Below, piece by piece: positions 9,824 to 19,800 of a stretch of 64,000 bases of DNA (the first letter of the stretch is position 1; each line of letters begins with the position of its first letter). The position numbers and the translations under genes are program-made. Source of the stretch: Candidatus Latescibacterota bacterium. GTDB lineage: Bacteria > Latescibacterota > UBA2968 > UBA8231. The notes beneath the pieces are model-generated. The model had not been told where the DNA came from. It worked only from the letters and a program-made list of their open reading frames with translations, and made no database searches. Where the stretch lies: the NCBI GenBank assembly GCA_965248265.1, contig CBDFJF010000001.1:2592001-2656000 (forward strand), written 5' to 3'.

Positions 9824-11620
9824 TTACTCCCCAGCGCGTATCAGAGCGAACTTGCCAGTGTGTGAGAATGTACCTGCCACTACCCGATAGATGTATAGCC
9901 CACTGTTCAGCCGACCAGGAACGGACCAGCGCAAAGCACGTTCGGGTCCACTGTAGTCCCCAGCCTCCAACCGCCGGCGCGGAAGCTCGGCAATCTTATT
10001 GCCTGACAATTCGTAAATGTGCACGGCCACCTCATCCTGAACTGAAAGCGCCAGGGGAAAAAAGAGCGTTCCTCCGTTGGCAGAGAATCTAAGCGGATTC
10101 GGAAAGGGTGTCTTGCCTGCGCTCTCATCGGGGATGGTCACGCTCAGTCCACTGGCGGCCTCGGCGTTCACCAGTCCAAATCCGTACGCTGTGTCGGCCC
10201 CTGCCTCACCAAGATCCCGTGCGGTTTCGCGAAGCTCCTGAGCCATTTCCCCGGGACTCCACTCAGGGTGGATCTGCAATAGAAGCGCACACGTGCCAGC
10301 GACCAAGGGCGTAGCCAGCGAGGTGCCTCGAGCACGGCCGTAGCCACCACCAGCATGGGCAACGACAACGTCCGCACCAGGGGCTACCAGGTCTGGTTTT
10401 ATGCGCCCATCGGGCGTCGGCCCTCGTGAGCTGCTGCTGGCGATCTCGAGATCGAAGACACTCACCGAGCCGACGGTGATCACGTCCTCTGCGTCAGCCG
10501 GCACGCTGACGTAGCGCCAGGCCTTGTCGCCATCGTTGCCCGCCGCGTTCACGACGACGATGCCTCTCTGAGCGGCAAGGCCGGCAACGATACTGGTGGG
10601 AGCCGTTTGTCCGTCGAGCTCCGAGTAGGTGTACCCGCTACCGTCATCCCATATCGTGTAACCGAGCGACGAATTGATGACCTGCGCCCCCAGACTGTCC
10701 GCCCATTCGAGACCGGCGATCCACCGATCTTCCTCAACAGGCAATTCGTCGACTAGGTCCTCCACCTTGGCCAGTATGTACTCAGCCTCCGGAGCGGCTC
10801 CGATCATAATGCCCTCAGCGTGTGCCGCCAGCAGGGAAAGAACCCTCGTGCCATGACCGTTCTGGTCTGACCTGGTCTCGTCGCCAGTCTCCGTTTGCAC
10901 GGACTCATCCCAGACAATGTCGTCGCCATTGATGAAATCACGGGTTGCGATCACTCGCAGCTCGGCGAATGCAGGATGGTCGTGAAAGTTAAACCCGGAA
11001 TCCAGGACTCCCACTCGTACTCCAGTGCCGCGATAACCCAATCCGTGCAATACGGTAACTCCGATCCTCGACAGCTGCTGGAAGGAATCGCCATAGTCAA
11101 TGTCCTGGGTCCTGCTCTGTCGTTTGCCTCCACCCCCGGTTTCCAGCCTGACCGTCGTGCGCGGCGCCACCATGCGCGCGACGGGTCGCAACCGCGCGAC
11201 AAAGGGCTGCTTCTGCAACCACCGCATCTGTTGACCGGTCGCCTCGACACTGACGGCGTTCAGCCATCTAGATTGCACGCGCACGGCGATCCCGTGATGC
11301 CGTATACGCTCGATGTAAGAAGCGTTTAGAGGCCGATCCGTGTCCGCATTTGCCCTGAGCTCGCTCCAGGCTGGCCATTCCACTGCTGCACCATGTTTAG
11401 TGCCATCATTGGCCGGTTTGTCCCGCAAACAAACCCACAGGGTTGTGTGGCCGCTCCCATCCACACTCGAGTCTCGGAAGCTCTCAGCCACCGATGGAAC
11501 GTTGGGATAGCCGATGAAGGCCGCCAGCATCAACATCCAGCGTGAGTGATTGCGCAATCGAAACAAGTGCCTTTCGAGAGAGAGAACGATGGGGCAGTCG
11601 GACCGCTCGTGCTGCGACAA
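9824..11620 (-). CDS. S8 (subtilisin-family) serine peptidase with C-terminal sorting-like domain
   Basis: Catalytic motifs VLDSG, NGHGT, AAGN and GTSLATP; propeptide SRWLNAVSV; C-terminal PFPNP...IYELSG...SGLYIYRV. Start codon uncertain. Confidence 0.88.
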   Translation of the reverse strand: MSQHERSDCPIVLSLERHLFRLRNHSRWMLMLAAFIGYPNVPSVAESFRDSSVDGSGHTTLWVCLRDKPANDGTKHGAAVEWPAWSELRANADTDRPLNASYIERIRHHGIAVRVQSRWLNAVSVEATGQQMRWLQKQPFVARLRPVARMVAPRTTVRLETGGGGKRQSRTQDIDYGDSFQQLSRIGVTVLHGLGYRGTGVRVGVLDSGFNFHDHPAFAELRVIATRDFINGDDIVWDESVQTETGDETRSDQNGHGTRVLSLLAAHAEGIMIGAAPEAEYILAKVEDLVDELPVEEDRWIAGLEWADSLGAQVINSSLGYTIWDDGSGYTYSELDGQTAPTSIVAGLAAQRGIVVVNAAGNDGDKAWRYVSVPADAEDVITVGSVSVFDLEIASSSSRGPTPDGRIKPDLVAPGADVVVAHAGGGYGRARGTSLATPLVAGTCALLLQIHPEWSPGEMAQELRETARDLGEAGADTAYGFGLVNAEAASGLSVTIPDESAGKTPFPNPLRFSANGGTLFFPLALSVQDEVAVHIYELSGNKIAELPRRRLEAGDYSGPERALRWSVPGRLNSGLYIYRVVAGTFSHTGKFALIRAGE

Positions 11621-11691
11621 GAGCGCTCCGGGTGCGCGGCTTGATTGAAAACGGAGAAACTACCGGGCGATCCTGCGAGCGCTCTCCGCGG

Positions 11692-12384
11692 TCACTGGGC
11701 TTCCAACGCGGTCGCGGGTTCGGGATCGCGGCGATCGATGACTTCCACACCGGAAGGGGGGCTGAAGACGAAGAGATCGTCGTCGATTTTGTCATTGACC
11801 CGATGCCGCGACAAGACGTAGGTGGTAACGTTTTCGTTGGCCTCGGTTTGCTCTACCATCAACAGATGCCAGCGCTTTTTGTCGATCCAGACTGTCATGC
11901 CTTCCACTCGGTCTCCGGTCGTCGAATGATCCGATTTCGACGCCATGACCACCGAGTAACAAGGACGCCCCTCCAGTTCCACTTCCGTCACTGCGACTGG
12001 ACGGAATTGTTCAGTGTGCTCGACCAGGATCTCCCAAGGAGTCGGTAGATCTCGATTGTAGGAACTGACGATGACTTGCTCGTTTTCCGGTGTGTAAGCC
12101 CAGACGGCGTCTCCATCCCCGATAACGACATAGCCATCATCGATTTCCAGGCGGAATTCGCTTGGTTTGCGCGTGTGGATTTCACCACTGCGACTCAAAT
12201 TCTTGTCGAGCACCGCCCAGTAGAGCTGTTTCTCGAACCTGGCGGAAAACGTCTTCGATTTAGCGAAGCTCTTCTGCATGCGTTCGATTACCTCAGAGCC
12301 CGTGATCGAGGCTGCAAAAGCTGGTGTTGTCAGGTAGCAGAGCACTCCTGCACAGACCACCGCTATCGTCCAACCAGGTTTCAT
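11692..12384 (-). CDS. lolA: Outer-membrane lipoprotein carrier protein LolA
   Basis: Signal peptide, FSARFEKQ, IGDGDAVWAYTPENEQV and FVFSPPSGVEVID. Classic ftsK-lolA adjacency. Confidence 0.85.
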   Translation of the reverse strand: MKPGWTIAVVCAGVLCYLTTPAFAASITGSEVIERMQKSFAKSKTFSARFEKQLYWAVLDKNLSRSGEIHTRKPSEFRLEIDDGYVVIGDGDAVWAYTPENEQVIVSSYNRDLPTPWEILVEHTEQFRPVAVTEVELEGRPCYSVVMASKSDHSTTGDRVEGMTVWIDKKRWHLLMVEQTEANENVTTYVLSRHRVNDKIDDDLFVFSPPSGVEVIDRRDPEPATALEAQ

Positions 12385-12398
12385 CGACTAGGCTCCTG

Positions 12399-14735
12399 TT
12401 AGCCGGCCGCTTCCATCGAGGCGGTTTCAATCAGGATCTCGCGAGGTTTGGCACCCTCGGCAGGCCCGACGATGTGGGCGCTCTCGAGTTCATCCATCAG
12501 TCGTGCTGCCCGGGAATATCCGATCTTCATGCGGCGCTGGAGGAAGGAGGTGGAAGCCTGTTCGAATTCGAACACCAGACGAACGGCATCATCGAACAAC
12601 TCATCCTGTTCATCTGCTCCGGATTGAATATCCGAACGATCCAGGAAGACGGCAACTTCCTCGGCCTCGTACTGACACTCAACGATCGAAGCAACCAGTC
12701 GTTCGGTTTCCTCACCCGAGACGAAGGCCCCGTGAATGCGAACAGGCTCTCCCTGGCCGCCTGGCAAAAAGAGCATGTCGCCTTTACCCAGCAGGCGCTC
12801 CGCCCCATTCATGTCCAGGATGGTACGTGAATCGGTCTTGGAAGCGACTTGAAAACCAATCCTGGACGGGAAGTTCGCCTTGATCACTCCCGTAATCACA
12901 TTCACCGACGGCCGCTGCGTGGCCAGAATGATGTGAATGCCGACTGCACGGGACTTCTGTGCCAGACCCATCAGCGAGGTCTCGACATCGGCCGGAGCGG
13001 TCAGCATGAGGTCGGCAAACTCGTCGATGATGATGACGATGTAAGGCAGCGGCTTGGGCACCTCCTCATGTTCCTCCTCGGTCGTGCTCTGTGCCGCCAT
13101 TTTCTCGGCCTTGCTGTTGTAGTCGGCCAGATTCCGCACGGCCAGTTTTGCCAGCAGCTGGTAGCGGGACTCCATCTCGGCGACCGCCCATTTGAGCGCT
13201 TCGGATGCCTTCTTCGGCTCGGTTATGACCGGGGCGAGCAGATGGGGGATGTCATTGTACATCGTCAGCTCCACCACCTTCGGATCGATCATCAACAGGC
13301 GCAGCTTGTCAGGAGCGGCCTTGAAAAGCAGACTGGCGATCAGACAATTGATGCACACGCTCTTGCCGGCTCCGGTTGCTCCTGCGACCAGTAGATGCGG
13401 CATTCTTGTCAGATCCGTCACCTGGGGCTCTCCCGATATGGTCTTGCCCAGAGCCATCGGCAGTACCGCTTTCGTGTTGCGGAAAACAGAATGTTCAACG
13501 ATCTCCCGCAGGTACACGGACTCGCGATCATGGTTGGCGATTTCGACACCAACGACAGCCTTTCCCGGAACTGGAGCCTGTATGCGAATCCCCTGGGCGC
13601 TCATCACCCGGGCGAGATCGTCGGACAGAGTGACTATACGGTTGACTTTCACACCCGCCGCCGGTTCCACTTCATATCGTGTGACCACCGGTCCTGGACT
13701 GACTTCAACGACCTTGCCGTTTACGTCGAAATTGGCGAGGGCATCCTCCAGCATCTTGGCGTTTTCAAGCAACAACTGGCGATCCGTCAGACCGGAGGTG
13801 TCGGGTACCTGGTCCAGTAGAACCGGCTTGGGAATGGTATACCGACCAGACTTGCGCCGCCCGGAAACGACTTTGCCGTTTCCGTTGGCCGGTTTGCTGG
13901 TCTTTCGTGGCCCAGACTGCGTATTGGCTGCGGAGCGAAGTGAATCGTCATCAGATAAGAGAGAAGCGGAGCGAAAGCGGGCGATGGTTGGTGTTGCGGC
14001 ATCCGCCTCAAAAACCTCTTCCTCGTCATCGTCTAGTGTATCCGTGATGGTCGGCTGTCGATCTCCGTCCACGAACATTTCCAGTGACTCGATTTCCCGC
14101 TGCGGCTTCAGCTTGCGGCGGGGCCGTGGCAGGGATGAGAGCACACGCCCTGGCAGGGTAACGGCGCGTGTGATACCTGCCACCAAAAAGTTGCCGACCT
14201 GACCCCACACCGAACCCAGACGCCTCACATCGATGTCGGTGCAGGCGAGAATGATCGCCGTCACCGAGGCACCCAGCAGTATGGTAGACCCCAGTCGGCC
14301 TATGTATGGAATCAATAGCGTCGATGCCACGTGGGTTCCCAACCATCCACCCAGTTCGAAGGCCATGTATTGTGAAAGCTCTGGCACCCCGGAGCCCAGC
14401 GTTACCAGCAAGCCCAGCGCGGCAAGTCCCGCACTGCGCCTGGCAACCGGTCGAACCGACTGACGGCGGATGCGGTTCCAGCCCCACATCAACAGGATGA
14501 CCGGCAGGACGTAGGCCGGGTATCCCACCGCGGCGAACGAGCCAAATGATAGATGAGCCCCGATTTTGCCACCCCAATTCAGGGTGCGATCGCCGAAGCC
14601 ACTGGAACCAGGTGCATCCAGATTTGAAAACGTAGCCAGGCTCATGAACAGGAACAGCCCGCAGGCGATCAGAAGCACCCCGGTCACCTGTGACCCCTTT
14701 TGTTCTGTCACCAGTCGATCTGCCAACTCCTCCAT
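12399..14735 (-). CDS. ftsK: DNA translocase FtsK
   Basis: N-terminal 4TM region, PHLLVAGATGAGKS, IDEFADLM, LATQRPS and a gamma domain (STSFLQRRMKIGYSRAARLMD). Confidence 0.96.
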   Translation of the reverse strand: MEELADRLVTEQKGSQVTGVLLIACGLFLFMSLATFSNLDAPGSSGFGDRTLNWGGKIGAHLSFGSFAAVGYPAYVLPVILLMWGWNRIRRQSVRPVARRSAGLAALGLLVTLGSGVPELSQYMAFELGGWLGTHVASTLLIPYIGRLGSTILLGASVTAIILACTDIDVRRLGSVWGQVGNFLVAGITRAVTLPGRVLSSLPRPRRKLKPQREIESLEMFVDGDRQPTITDTLDDDEEEVFEADAATPTIARFRSASLLSDDDSLRSAANTQSGPRKTSKPANGNGKVVSGRRKSGRYTIPKPVLLDQVPDTSGLTDRQLLLENAKMLEDALANFDVNGKVVEVSPGPVVTRYEVEPAAGVKVNRIVTLSDDLARVMSAQGIRIQAPVPGKAVVGVEIANHDRESVYLREIVEHSVFRNTKAVLPMALGKTISGEPQVTDLTRMPHLLVAGATGAGKSVCINCLIASLLFKAAPDKLRLLMIDPKVVELTMYNDIPHLLAPVITEPKKASEALKWAVAEMESRYQLLAKLAVRNLADYNSKAEKMAAQSTTEEEHEEVPKPLPYIVIIIDEFADLMLTAPADVETSLMGLAQKSRAVGIHIILATQRPSVNVITGVIKANFPSRIGFQVASKTDSRTILDMNGAERLLGKGDMLFLPGGQGEPVRIHGAFVSGEETERLVASIVECQYEAEEVAVFLDRSDIQSGADEQDELFDDAVRLVFEFEQASTSFLQRRMKIGYSRAARLMDELESAHIVGPAEGAKPREILIETASMEAAG

Positions 14736-14908
14736 AGCGATACCTCAGTGCGAAATCCGGAAAGGTCATTCCGGTATCATAGATGGACAGATTCCGCCGT
14801 CGACCGAGCCTTGGCCAAACCACACACACGACGACTCGTGACGACCTTCCAGGCGCAACGACCTCTTGTGAGCCTGGTGTGGCGGCGGTGGGGTGGGGAT
14901 ATGGTGGG

Positions 14909-15026
14909 GGTGGGTGGTCGCTTTGCGAGGCTCTCCCCGCGCTTCACGATCATGCTTCAGCCTTGGAGGGCGCGCGGGGAGCGCGCTCATCCCGGCCTCG
15001 GTGAGAGGCGAACGACTGTACCCACC
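14909..15026 (-). ncRNA. Candidate structured small RNA of unassigned family (~118 nt)
   Basis: Nested complementary segments GGTGGGT/ACCCACC, GTCGTT/AGCGAC, CGAGGC/GCCTCG and CTCCCCGCGC/GCGCGGGGAG. The 5' end lies 5 nt after a TATATT -10 box. Confidence 0.55.
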
Positions 15027-15030
15027 TACT

Positions 15031-15059
15031 AATATATAAGGATAACCGGTCTCTCGCAC
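15031..15059 (-). promoter_or_regulatory. Sigma70-type promoter for the candidate ncRNA or ftsK leader
   Basis: GTGCGA, 17 bp, TATATT; nearly identical in form to the tRNA-Glu promoter (TTGCGA-17-TATATT). Confidence 0.55.
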
Positions 15060-15097
15060 TCACCTTCCTTGGGCTGCCGTGCGCCGCCCTGAGGCCG

Positions 15098-17299
15098 TTA
15101 CAGCATTCCCTGACGCTTGCGGAGAGCCCACTCCACACACAGAAGTGAGACCAAAATCAGGATGTACCAGTTGCGTCCCCATAGTTCCATCGTGCGCTGC
15201 TCCCGCTGCAACCTGGTGTGGATATCCATCTCATCCAACAGGGTCGACCATGAATCCGCGTGCTGAAAGCTGCCGCCGGTCGCAGCGGCAATCTGGTCCA
15301 GAAGCTGTGGGGTTGCTCTCATATCGGACGATTCGAGGCTGTATTCTTCAACCACGAATTGGCCCGAGGATTCCCCCAGTCGTTCACCGGTGGACAATTG
15401 GGCTTGTGCAGAGTAGGTGTACTCTCCCGGGTCCAAGCCGCCTCTCGAACCCCGGTACAGACCGGGATCCGCCGGTTCCAGATCGATGCGGTTGTCCTCG
15501 AGCTGAATCGAAACCAGGGCCCCTGTGTGCGGCTTCATCAACTCGTCGAAGACCTGCACCAGGAAATCGACCGGCTCTCCCCCCCTGTAGACCCGGCGAT
15601 CAGTCGAGGCTCGAACTCGACCACTGGGTTGGTCGATCGCCAACCAGCGCAGGACGTTGTGCCAGAACCTGCGAATGGTATGGGGCGACTCCCCCGCCCC
15701 GCTGCTGAGCAGATCGAGACGCCAGAAATGGGACGACAGGGCGACCGCCACCCTTACATTGACGGCCGGGCCGCTGCTTATGATGACGGGAACGGGGCCC
15801 TGGGGACCGAGCCCCTCGATGAGTTCGATTGCCCCCGACCTCACCCTCAGTCCTGGTAGGTAACCGGTGACTGGCGGTAACCTGGACCAGGGATCCTCTC
15901 CACGCCCAACGGATCCCGTCCTGTCGTCGAAAGCGCTTGAAGTCAACTCCGAGTGCATCAGCGGGTGCCCCACCCCAGTTGGGGCTATCCTCAGGGCTAT
16001 GGCGTCGGCCGTCAGCTTGCTTCCCTTGCTGGCCCTGAAAGGCAGAATCCCGGCCAGAGGGCCTTCTGGATTCCAGTTATCAAGGCTGCGCGCGCCACCG
16101 ACGAACAGCAGACCGCTGCCGCCGCGCACGCCGGCATCGATGGTGGCGGCGATCTCCCCTGCGACAATATCTGGGCCCGCATCCACCAGTGCGATCACGT
16201 CCGGCCGGGAGGATAGAGAGGCCAGTAGTTGTGCAGGTTCCCTGTCGTAGAATGTTCCCGGTGCGCGCTGAATAAACTCATCGATCGCCAACGTCGAATC
16301 ACTTGCGAGAGCGCGCCTGAAGAATCCGTATTCTGGACTGGGTGCGCCCGCCACCAAGACCACCGATATCCCGCCCCGAGCGACCTGCGTGGCGAGAAGC
16401 GTCTGGTTGTTCTCTCGGGATATCTCACCTTCCAAGGTAGCGATCTCAATCCGGTAAATGTGCGGTCCGGGCTCATCTGCAATGGTCTCCAGTGAGACTA
16501 CTTGATTGTCGCCAGCGCCCTTGAGCTCGACTGACTTTGCGGCAAGCTCGGCCTCCCCTTCGAGAAGGCGAACGACGGTTCGCCTGCCCTCGAACCCCCA
16601 ACTGCGCAGCGCCACGCGTATGGACAATGGTCGCCCAGCGATACCGGGAACCTCAATCCTCGCATCGACGATCTGTACGTCTGTCATGACGTCAGCGGCA
16701 TTCCCGAAGCCGACCGCATACACCGGCACTGGCAAGCCCTCGACCAAGTGCAGGGGATCGGCACCGTAGTTGTGGGTACCGTCCGAAAGCAGCAGCAGTG
16801 CGGAGGGATTGCCTTTTGTGGTGACGTTCGGCGAGATCGCTGCCCGGATGGCAGCACCTATGTCGGTGGCATTGCCTGTGGGCGTAATCCGAGAAAGGGT
16901 GTCGAAGTCAGCGCGAGAAGGCGCATCGGCGAAGATCCATGTATCCATCATACTCACCGACTTCAACCTCGTGAAGTCGGCACTGTCTATGATCCGCCTG
17001 GCCTGCTCCAGTCGCGAAACAGTGTCCCCGACCGCCATGCTTGCGCTGGTATCGAGGAGGGTGATGATGCTTGGGGGCACGGTGCGCTTCAAGAGCAAGG
17101 TCAGGACCGGCTCCGCGAGCAACAGCAGGAGCAGCACGACGGACACGGAGCGCAGTGCCGGCAGGATGATTCTGAGGCGACGCGTCGCCCGGGGTTGGGT
17201 CTGGCGATAGACGCCGAGGGTGAACGCGATCGCCGCGGGTATCAGGAGGACGTAGAGCCAGGAACCATCCAGCTGGATGCCGAAGTCGAGCCACTCCAT
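15098..17299 (-). CDS. Membrane-anchored VWA-domain protein with glutamine-amidotransferase-like domain
   Basis: Two N-terminal TMs, MIDAS LLDTSASM and LLSDG, an Ig-like segment (EISRENN), GLLFVGG, and a C-terminal LLCVEWALRKRQG. Confidence 0.75.
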   Translation of the reverse strand: MEWLDFGIQLDGSWLYVLLIPAAIAFTLGVYRQTQPRATRRLRIILPALRSVSVVLLLLLLAEPVLTLLLKRTVPPSIITLLDTSASMAVGDTVSRLEQARRIIDSADFTRLKSVSMMDTWIFADAPSRADFDTLSRITPTGNATDIGAAIRAAISPNVTTKGNPSALLLLSDGTHNYGADPLHLVEGLPVPVYAVGFGNAADVMTDVQIVDARIEVPGIAGRPLSIRVALRSWGFEGRRTVVRLLEGEAELAAKSVELKGAGDNQVVSLETIADEPGPHIYRIEIATLEGEISRENNQTLLATQVARGGISVVLVAGAPSPEYGFFRRALASDSTLAIDEFIQRAPGTFYDREPAQLLASLSSRPDVIALVDAGPDIVAGEIAATIDAGVRGGSGLLFVGGARSLDNWNPEGPLAGILPFRASKGSKLTADAIALRIAPTGVGHPLMHSELTSSAFDDRTGSVGRGEDPWSRLPPVTGYLPGLRVRSGAIELIEGLGPQGPVPVIISSGPAVNVRVAVALSSHFWRLDLLSSGAGESPHTIRRFWHNVLRWLAIDQPSGRVRASTDRRVYRGGEPVDFLVQVFDELMKPHTGALVSIQLEDNRIDLEPADPGLYRGSRGGLDPGEYTYSAQAQLSTGERLGESSGQFVVEEYSLESSDMRATPQLLDQIAAATGGSFQHADSWSTLLDEMDIHTRLQREQRTMELWGRNWYILILVSLLCVEWALRKRQGML

Positions 17300-17340
17300 T
17301 ATCTGATGACTGTGTGCACGGGGTTCGGTTACAGTTTCAA

Positions 17341-18360
17341 CTACAGGGGCAGGCGCGGATGCGCGTCGAGGTCCCAGGAGCTGGAGTCACCGCATGAGAG
17401 CCGGAAGTGCCCGGCGGCAGCGATCATGGCCGCATTGTCGGTACACAATGTTGGTGACGGACAATAAAAGCACCCTCCTCGATCCATAACTGTTTGTCGC
17501 AGTCGCGTTCGCAGAGCGCCGTTCGCCGCCACACCTCCAGCCAGGGCAATGGTGTTGACCTCGAAGCGCTCCATGGCTGCGGCTGTTTTGGTCACGAGCG
17601 CATCCACCACGGCCTCCTGAAAGCTCGCCGCAATGTCCGGGATTTGCTGCTGCAGACTCTGTTGGCCCTCTTTCTGCAGACGACGAACGTGGTTGGAAAC
17701 GGCGGTCTTGAGTCCGCTGAAACTGAAATCCATACTGTCGCGATTCTCCAGAGCGCGAGGGAACCGTACTGCTTGAGGATCGCCCTGCTCTGCCGCTGCC
17801 GAAATGGCCTTGCCTCCCATGATCGTCTGGTGACGAGCGGTGAGTTCGAGGAGCTTGGCCACCTTGTCGAAGGCCTCGCCGGCGGCGTCGTCGAGGGTGC
17901 GGCCAAGAATCTCGTACTCCCCCAGCGTTCGCTTGGTGAGAACGAGTTCCGTGTGTCCTCCCGACACCAGGAGGGTCAGGAACGGAGGATCGAAATCATG
18001 CTCAATCAGATTCGAGAAGATGTGCCCCTCAAGATGGTGTACGCCGATCAAAGCCTTGTCGGCAACCAGTGACAGGCCCTTCGCCATCTGAATCCCCACC
18101 AGAAGCGACCCTACCAATCCCGGCCCCTTGGTGACGGCGACTCCGTCAATTTCTGAAAGAGTGGTATTGGCGAGAGAGAGAGCCTCGCGAACAACAGGCA
18201 CTACGTGGCGAATGTGAGCGCGGGAGGCGAGTTCAGGGACTACACCGCCATATACGAGATGTTCCTGTTGGGACAGAATCACATTGGAGAGAATGCGGCG
18301 ATCATCGGTAACTACAGCAGCCGACGTCTCGTCGCAGGAAGTTTCAATACCGAGGATCAC
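17341..18360 (-). CDS. tsaD: tRNA threonylcarbamoyltransferase TsaD
   Basis: ILGIETSCDET, GGVVPELASRAH, HHLEGH, DDAAGEAFDK, FSFSGLKT and CTDNAAMIA. Confidence 0.96.
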   Translation of the reverse strand: MILGIETSCDETSAAVVTDDRRILSNVILSQQEHLVYGGVVPELASRAHIRHVVPVVREALSLANTTLSEIDGVAVTKGPGLVGSLLVGIQMAKGLSLVADKALIGVHHLEGHIFSNLIEHDFDPPFLTLLVSGGHTELVLTKRTLGEYEILGRTLDDAAGEAFDKVAKLLELTARHQTIMGGKAISAAAEQGDPQAVRFPRALENRDSMDFSFSGLKTAVSNHVRRLQKEGQQSLQQQIPDIAASFQEAVVDALVTKTAAAMERFEVNTIALAGGVAANGALRTRLRQTVMDRGGCFYCPSPTLCTDNAAMIAAAGHFRLSCGDSSSWDLDAHPRLPL

Positions 18361-18403
18361 GGAGCATTGTCAGAGGACGTGGACATTGTTCGCAAGCGCC
18401 TCA

Positions 18404-19351
18404 CTACCGCACGATAACCGTCACTTCAGGCGGGATAATTTGTTGCACCTCGAACAAATCGTTCGCAGTGGTTTTCACCGTTCCGAACTTCCTGCCAGAC
18501 CTGACCCAATCCTCGTAGTCTACGTAAAGCTCCAGGTCTGATTCGGGATCGAGATGCCCGATGACATCGGCACCGCCACGGACCTTGACCTGAACCCGAG
18601 AGGGTTCAACGATAACCTGCTTGCCGCTGGTGTTGCGCACGTTCACGGGCACTCCGGGAACCGGGTACTCAGCCAGTTCCTGAACGTCGACTCGCACCCG
18701 TACGTCGAATCGACTCAACCGCAGCACCCGATCTGGATCCGCCTGCAGGGCTAACCGCTGATCGATGTCCCCCCGAACCTGATCCTGTACCAGAGAGTCA
18801 GTCAGTACTGCTTCGAGAGCATCCACTTTGCTTTGAGGGCCCGATACCAGCACCGTGTTGGGCTCGATCGTCGGCTGGCCAACCTGGGTGTAGGAGTCGG
18901 CGATAACGAGAGCCGTCGGGAGCCGTATTGGGATCTCCTTCTGCACCAGGGGCTCCAGAACGACGCTGATCTCTACCGGGTCCAATATCTGCTCGACATC
19001 CACGGGAATGGTCGTGAGTACCTCGACTTGCTCCAGTGTGAGTGGATAAGATTGTGTGGCCGAACCATGTGTGCTCGAGGGACGCAGCCGCAAAGCAAAG
19101 TCTGACCCACTGATACGCAGAAGGTCTTTCCCGGAGCCTGATATCAAAACCTTGACTGTTTGCGGTGGAGTGTTGGAGACAATGAGTTGGCCAGTACCGG
19201 AAGCGTCGGTTACCTGGGTTTCCAGATGCAAGGGGATGACAAACTCGCGCCGGTAGCCATACTCGGTTACTGCATGCAACCAGACCATCGACGCCAGGAC
19301 GAAGGCCGCCACCATGACACCCCAATCGCCGAGGTTGCGCCGTTGCAGCAC
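18404..19351 (-). CDS. YbbR/CdaR-like protein
   Basis: Single N-terminal TM followed by repeated YbbR-type motifs (PPQTVKVLISG, IEPNTVLVSGP, VEPSRVQVKVRG). Confidence 0.75.
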   Translation of the reverse strand: MLQRRNLGDWGVMVAAFVLASMVWLHAVTEYGYRREFVIPLHLETQVTDASGTGQLIVSNTPPQTVKVLISGSGKDLLRISGSDFALRLRPSSTHGSATQSYPLTLEQVEVLTTIPVDVEQILDPVEISVVLEPLVQKEIPIRLPTALVIADSYTQVGQPTIEPNTVLVSGPQSKVDALEAVLTDSLVQDQVRGDIDQRLALQADPDRVLRLSRFDVRVRVDVQELAEYPVPGVPVNVRNTSGKQVIVEPSRVQVKVRGGADVIGHLDPESDLELYVDYEDWVRSGRKFGTVKTTANDLFEVQQIIPPEVTVIVR

Positions 19352-19499
19352 GTTTGAATAACCAGTACAGGTTTAGGGGTGGACTCTCTCACGAACAAGG
19401 TGGCTTGACCACCAGAGCGTTGTAAGCCTCCAATCGCGACCTCTTTCGCCCAACGGGCGGCATCTCCCGACAGCGAAAAAGCTGGCGAAGAGACTCCTT

Positions 19500-19691
19500 T
19501 TACTTGTAGGACTCCTTGAGTTCCCTGCCGATGCTCAACTCACCGTTGTCTATGCGCAGGTTGAAACCGCACTCTGGACTGGTGCAGACCCATGCCTTGT
19601 AATGTATGGAAGCGCCATCTCGGCCGTAATCTGAGAGTGGCACCAATACCCCCTTGGAACACTTTTGGCAGGTTGGCAGTGTTAGTTCCAT
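19500..19691 (-). CDS. Small Cys4 zinc-finger-like protein (63 aa)
   Basis: MELTLPTCQKC...PLSDYG...KAWVCTSPECGFNLRID, with a GGAGG/AAGGA-containing SD region before ATG 19691. Confidence 0.75.
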   Translation of the reverse strand: MELTLPTCQKCSKGVLVPLSDYGRDGASIHYKAWVCTSPECGFNLRIDNGELSIGRELKESYK

Positions 19692-19800
19692 CCTTTGACC
19701 TCCCCTCCCGTATGCAACGGTGGTGCGGCTGGGATCGAGCACCCGACAGCGGAAGTGCTGACGGCTTGCCCATTTTCTTCAACACACTGCAAAATGTCGT

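Noticed and set aside
14934-14982. Hammerhead ribozyme in the apical junction of the candidate ncRNA (CTGAAG...GAAG)
   Set aside because: The topology is superficially similar, but A9, the A15.1-U16.1 pair and the NUH cleavage triplet are all violated and stems I and II are only 2-3 bp.
14909-15026. SRP 4.5S RNA or 5S rRNA (similar size, paired ends)
   Set aside because: No CAGG..GNRA..AGCAG domain IV and no 5S loop C (CCGAAC) or loop E motifs on either strand.
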